Assembly: GCA_003344405.1 (NCBI GenBank)
Contig: NOWV01000165.1
Location: forward strand, 1 to 64,000
DNA length: 64,000 bases
Reading direction: 5' to 3'
From: Trichoplax sp. H2
Lineage: Eukaryota
Positions 60,801-64,000 of the stretch are shown piece after piece; within the stretch, counting starts at the first letter, position 1, and each line of letters opens with the position of its first letter. Below the pieces are notes generated by a model, which did no database searches, was not told the origin of the DNA, and saw only the letters and a program-made list of their open reading frames with translations. The translations under genes and the position numbers were made by a program.

Positions 60801-63290
60801 ATACTTTATGACGTTAATAATTATAAGTTTTATTCTATGATGGCAGCATAATCAGATAGACTTGCTTTTTCTAAATCTTTTGTAGTTAAAATTAATCTTG
60901 CTTCGTTGATTTCATTTCAATTTCTTCTGCACAAGATCTTGTCTGGTTATTGATGAAGTATCTGTTTATATCATTGCACATATAGGTCTCTTCCACTTTC
61001 CACATCGTTCTACAAGTTGTAGTTCTAATCTTTGTAGTAATCAATCTCGTTAAGGAAGTATATCAAATATTTCATTCGGTAAGTTTAGTATTATATTTAC
61101 TTCGACTGTAGGATTTTAGCAAAATTAGATATTTCATCCAACTTGGCTATTAATATTGCTAACGAAAACATAACAAAGGCTTGGCGTAATGACTATTTAG
61201 TACAAGTTTTATGCTACGACACTTAATTTTGCCAGTGATTTGCTTGACTAGTACATTTCAATTTGTTTTGAGCGATTGCGGCTGTATTGTAACGAAAGGT
61301 TTGAATAACTTTAAGAAATTATTGATATATTATTCTATCCATCGCTTGATTGATGATTAAATTCAGGCTTTCTTTAAAAACTGTATTTAAAAATATATGC
61401 TAACTAAAGCATTAAACAGCACGAGAAAATGGTCTAGAATAGTGAGAGAAAATTTTATAATCTAATGCGAGTATCTTTATTTCGCCGTATCATATAGGGT
61501 TATATTTATTTTACCAGCTTTAGCAACTATATGGAGATTATCATGTATTGCTTGGTTATATTAATGTTAATCCCACCCAATATGACACCAAACGATTGGC
61601 AATGGAAGATAGGTTCAGTAGCATTGTTTCTAGCTTGGATTAACTTGTTACTATTCATGGAAAGGTAGATTAAGGCATCGTCTAAATTTGAGTTAATCAA
61701 AAAATATATTCTTTAGAGTCGGTGATAAAAATGTTCTATAGATACTGATTTTCTACCTTAAATATCATTCTTATTTAAAGGATCTCTTTCTTGGGCCTTT
61801 ACGTGATCATGCTGAGGAACGTCTTAGTGACATTTTTGAAAGTAAGATTTCCTCATTTCTTATTAATATAAATTAAGGTCATAATTAAATAAATAGTCTC
61901 TCATCAAATGTATACTTCATTGATTTTTGATATTAAAATGGTAATTTTGAACTAATACATAATTTCAATCTCCTTTCGATTAGATTATTACCGTTGTTGT
62001 AATTTTTATCGTTGCCTTTTCTTTCGTATTTATCATTTTGGCTAAAACGGAGGTAAATCATTAATTATCAAACTTTAGCATATACTACGAATGAACCAAT
62101 TCTAATCATATTTATATTACTTTATTGAATCGTAAAGTTAACGACTTCAACTGCAAATAATTATATAAATTACTGAAGAGAGCTACATATTAGTAGTGTA
62201 TTTATTAGAACTTTGAATTTTATATAGGATGTTTTCAGCACTTTTCCACTAACTATGGTCAAAGTCTTGGTTATGATGGTTGGAGAATTAGATTATAATG
62301 ATACGATCGTGAAAGCTATTTCCAGTGGCCGGATTAGCTATCCCAATAATATCTTGCTACTGCTTATGTTTGTCATATTTATATTCCTAATGCCGATTCT
62401 GCTCATGAATTTGATGGTAATGCATATCAATGCACTCAATTGTGATTAATACTTGATGTATTGATAAATGTTACTGTTCATGTGCAAGCTATGGTAATCT
62501 ACGAAATGAATTTTATATAGATTGGTTTGGCTATTGGAGATATCGATAAAATTCAAAAGAATGCTATTTTGGGACGTTTAGCAATACAGATTGATTTCTT
62601 AGATGATCTGGAAAGATCGCTACCTACCTGGCTTAGAAAGAAACTTTACTCAAGTTCTGTTGTACGAAGACCTCATACATTTGGATATAAGGTAGCTTCA
62701 GTAGCACGGCTTATAAATGCGAAGCGAATAACTAGGAAGTAATCTAAATTCTGTAATTTTAGTGTATTTAAGTAGAAAATGAAAACATGGTCTATGACTT
62801 GTCATTAAAATTATTGAGTAATCCTCTAGAGTAAAAATTTATTGGAGTAACATCATAACTATCTTTGAGAGCAGTTCAAGCGTGAGTTAAATTACATTTC
62901 TTTCTTTTCAGCTCTATTCAGTATTCTATGGCGATATAGCCCAACATGAAGACGATGATAATGAATTATGGGTGGAGGAATTTGAGAAACTTCATCGCGA
63001 AAGCGATTGGCAGAGAAAACAGTTCGTTCACTAAATTTGTAACAACACTAGAACTGCTACTTGCCTCAGTATGTATAATAAGTATCTTTATAAACACTTA
63101 ATCTAATATAACATACATTTTTCTTAGGATTAGAGCGCTATTTCATGAAATTGAAAAGATAACTATTGCATTAACGGATATCCAAAATAGTAATAGAAAT
63201 GATCAGATTTTGCCAGTTGCACAAGACCCTGCATCACTGGATAGCCATTTGGCAAGAGAAGATAATCTAGATAATACCTCACAATTTTAA
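51882..63290 (+). CDS. TRPA1-like: TRPA-family ankyrin-repeat cation channel, paralog B (26 exons)
   Basis: Exon 1 (51882-51947, MMKYRKKFSVASKLSSSHSVFN) is spliced to 54253 (AAKSGDV). The exon-intron structure matches paralog A. Motifs include LPEVAEVVMDRC, VKYDFSYIDPG, LLFMER, MMVGELDY and MPILLMNLMIGLAIGDIDKIQKNA. Stop TAA at 63288-63290. Confidence 0.93.
52220..53010. repeat. Degenerate ~140-bp tandem repeat in intron 1 of TRPA paralog B
   Basis: ttattaact(c/g)ag recurs at about 52247, 52630, 52771 and 52909. gtaactgcttgct occurs at 52561 and 52704 (period 143). Confidence 0.75.
55308..55461 (+). repeat. Partial duplication of an exon 3' end into the next intron (TRPA paralog B)
   Basis: gcctttacatcttgcttgtaaaagaaatcggtttctagtttgccaattgttggtaagt (55308) resembles gccttcgcatcttacatgtaaaagaaatcgatatttagtctgtcagttgtttttaagt (55402). 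Confidence 0.8.
56988..57282 (+). repeat. 147-bp tandem duplication spanning an exon 3' end and its splice donor (TRPA paralog B)
   Basis: gtcg(c/t)ggaggacatgata...ttccatatattct.ca(g/a)gta...gtaaatcgaaag...aaattacgtta.ttaaattatt occurs at 56988 and 57135. Confidence 0.88.
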
Positions 63291-64000
63291 ATCAATTACA
63301 GACCATAACAAACAAGGGATGCTATTACCGCATAACTTTGCGTCTAAATTAGTAGGTTGATTCGAAAAATTTATTCTTATTCAAGTACACGATAAATATA
63401 GTTTAAAGTAGAAATTGCATTCATCTCTCATCTCTAACACTTCGTCTGCTAAAACTAACTTGAAAGTAGGATAATAACTTATTAGGACGGTAATGAATAT
63501 TGGTACGCTTCGTAAATATAAACTTAATTAATATTGGTTCTAATGTTGAATCTACTAAATAATTAGATATCAAACTAGTAGCAAAGATCAGATATCTATT
63601 TTAAATAAATCCTGTTCTACAAACATTATTTTTAACAAATGTATGTGGCCTATATTGCTCATAATGTATAATGAGAAAAATTAGCTAGTTATGATTATGT
63701 ATTGGTATTTAGCTTTATATTCTATCTCACAGATTACTTGTAACATTAACAATGCCTTTACTTCACATTACATATTTCAAAGAAGTAGAGACGATATTTC
63801 CATACTCATATATTAATTTAGTTAAAATGAGTTACAAACAGCGGTACATTGGCATACCTGTGCATGTTTTATATCATACAAAATTGATAAAAGCGACCAA
63901 TGTATTAACGGTCCATCATGCTAGGGCAAATGCTTACTTTCCTCTACCTCTAATCCAGTAATAAATGAACATAGTTATCGATAGAATATTTGAGTTAGCC

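Overview
Eukaryotic, very AT-rich (about one third GC by eye), intron-dense animal genomic DNA with many ~80-150 bp GT-AG introns. The style suggests an early-branching invertebrate such as a placozoan (Trichoplax-like), which is inference only. Manual splicing of the ORF fragments gives the following, left to right. (1) The 5' part of a CTR/SLC31 copper transporter (minus strand, runs off the left edge, missed by the ORF track). (2) A 4-exon FAM124-family gene with a ~165-aa N-terminal extension I cannot assign (minus). (3) A repeat-filled divergent promoter. (4) A full SKI2/SKIV2L DEVH-box exosome helicase (plus). (5) A QSOX sulfhydryl oxidase (minus). (6) A ~36-kb tandem TRPA cluster: two intact 26-exon channels with ~17 ankyrin repeats flanking a decayed, 3'-truncated third paralog. 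One exon of that pseudogene is interrupted by a clean 638-bp solo LTR (TGT...ACA, 5-bp AGCTA target-site duplication). Both intact TRPAs lack the main electrophile-sensing cysteines of TRPA1, have mucin-like S1-S2 loops and end in class I PDZ-ligand-like tails. No tRNA, rRNA or CRISPR was found. Exon coordinates were read by eye and internal ones may be off by a few bases.
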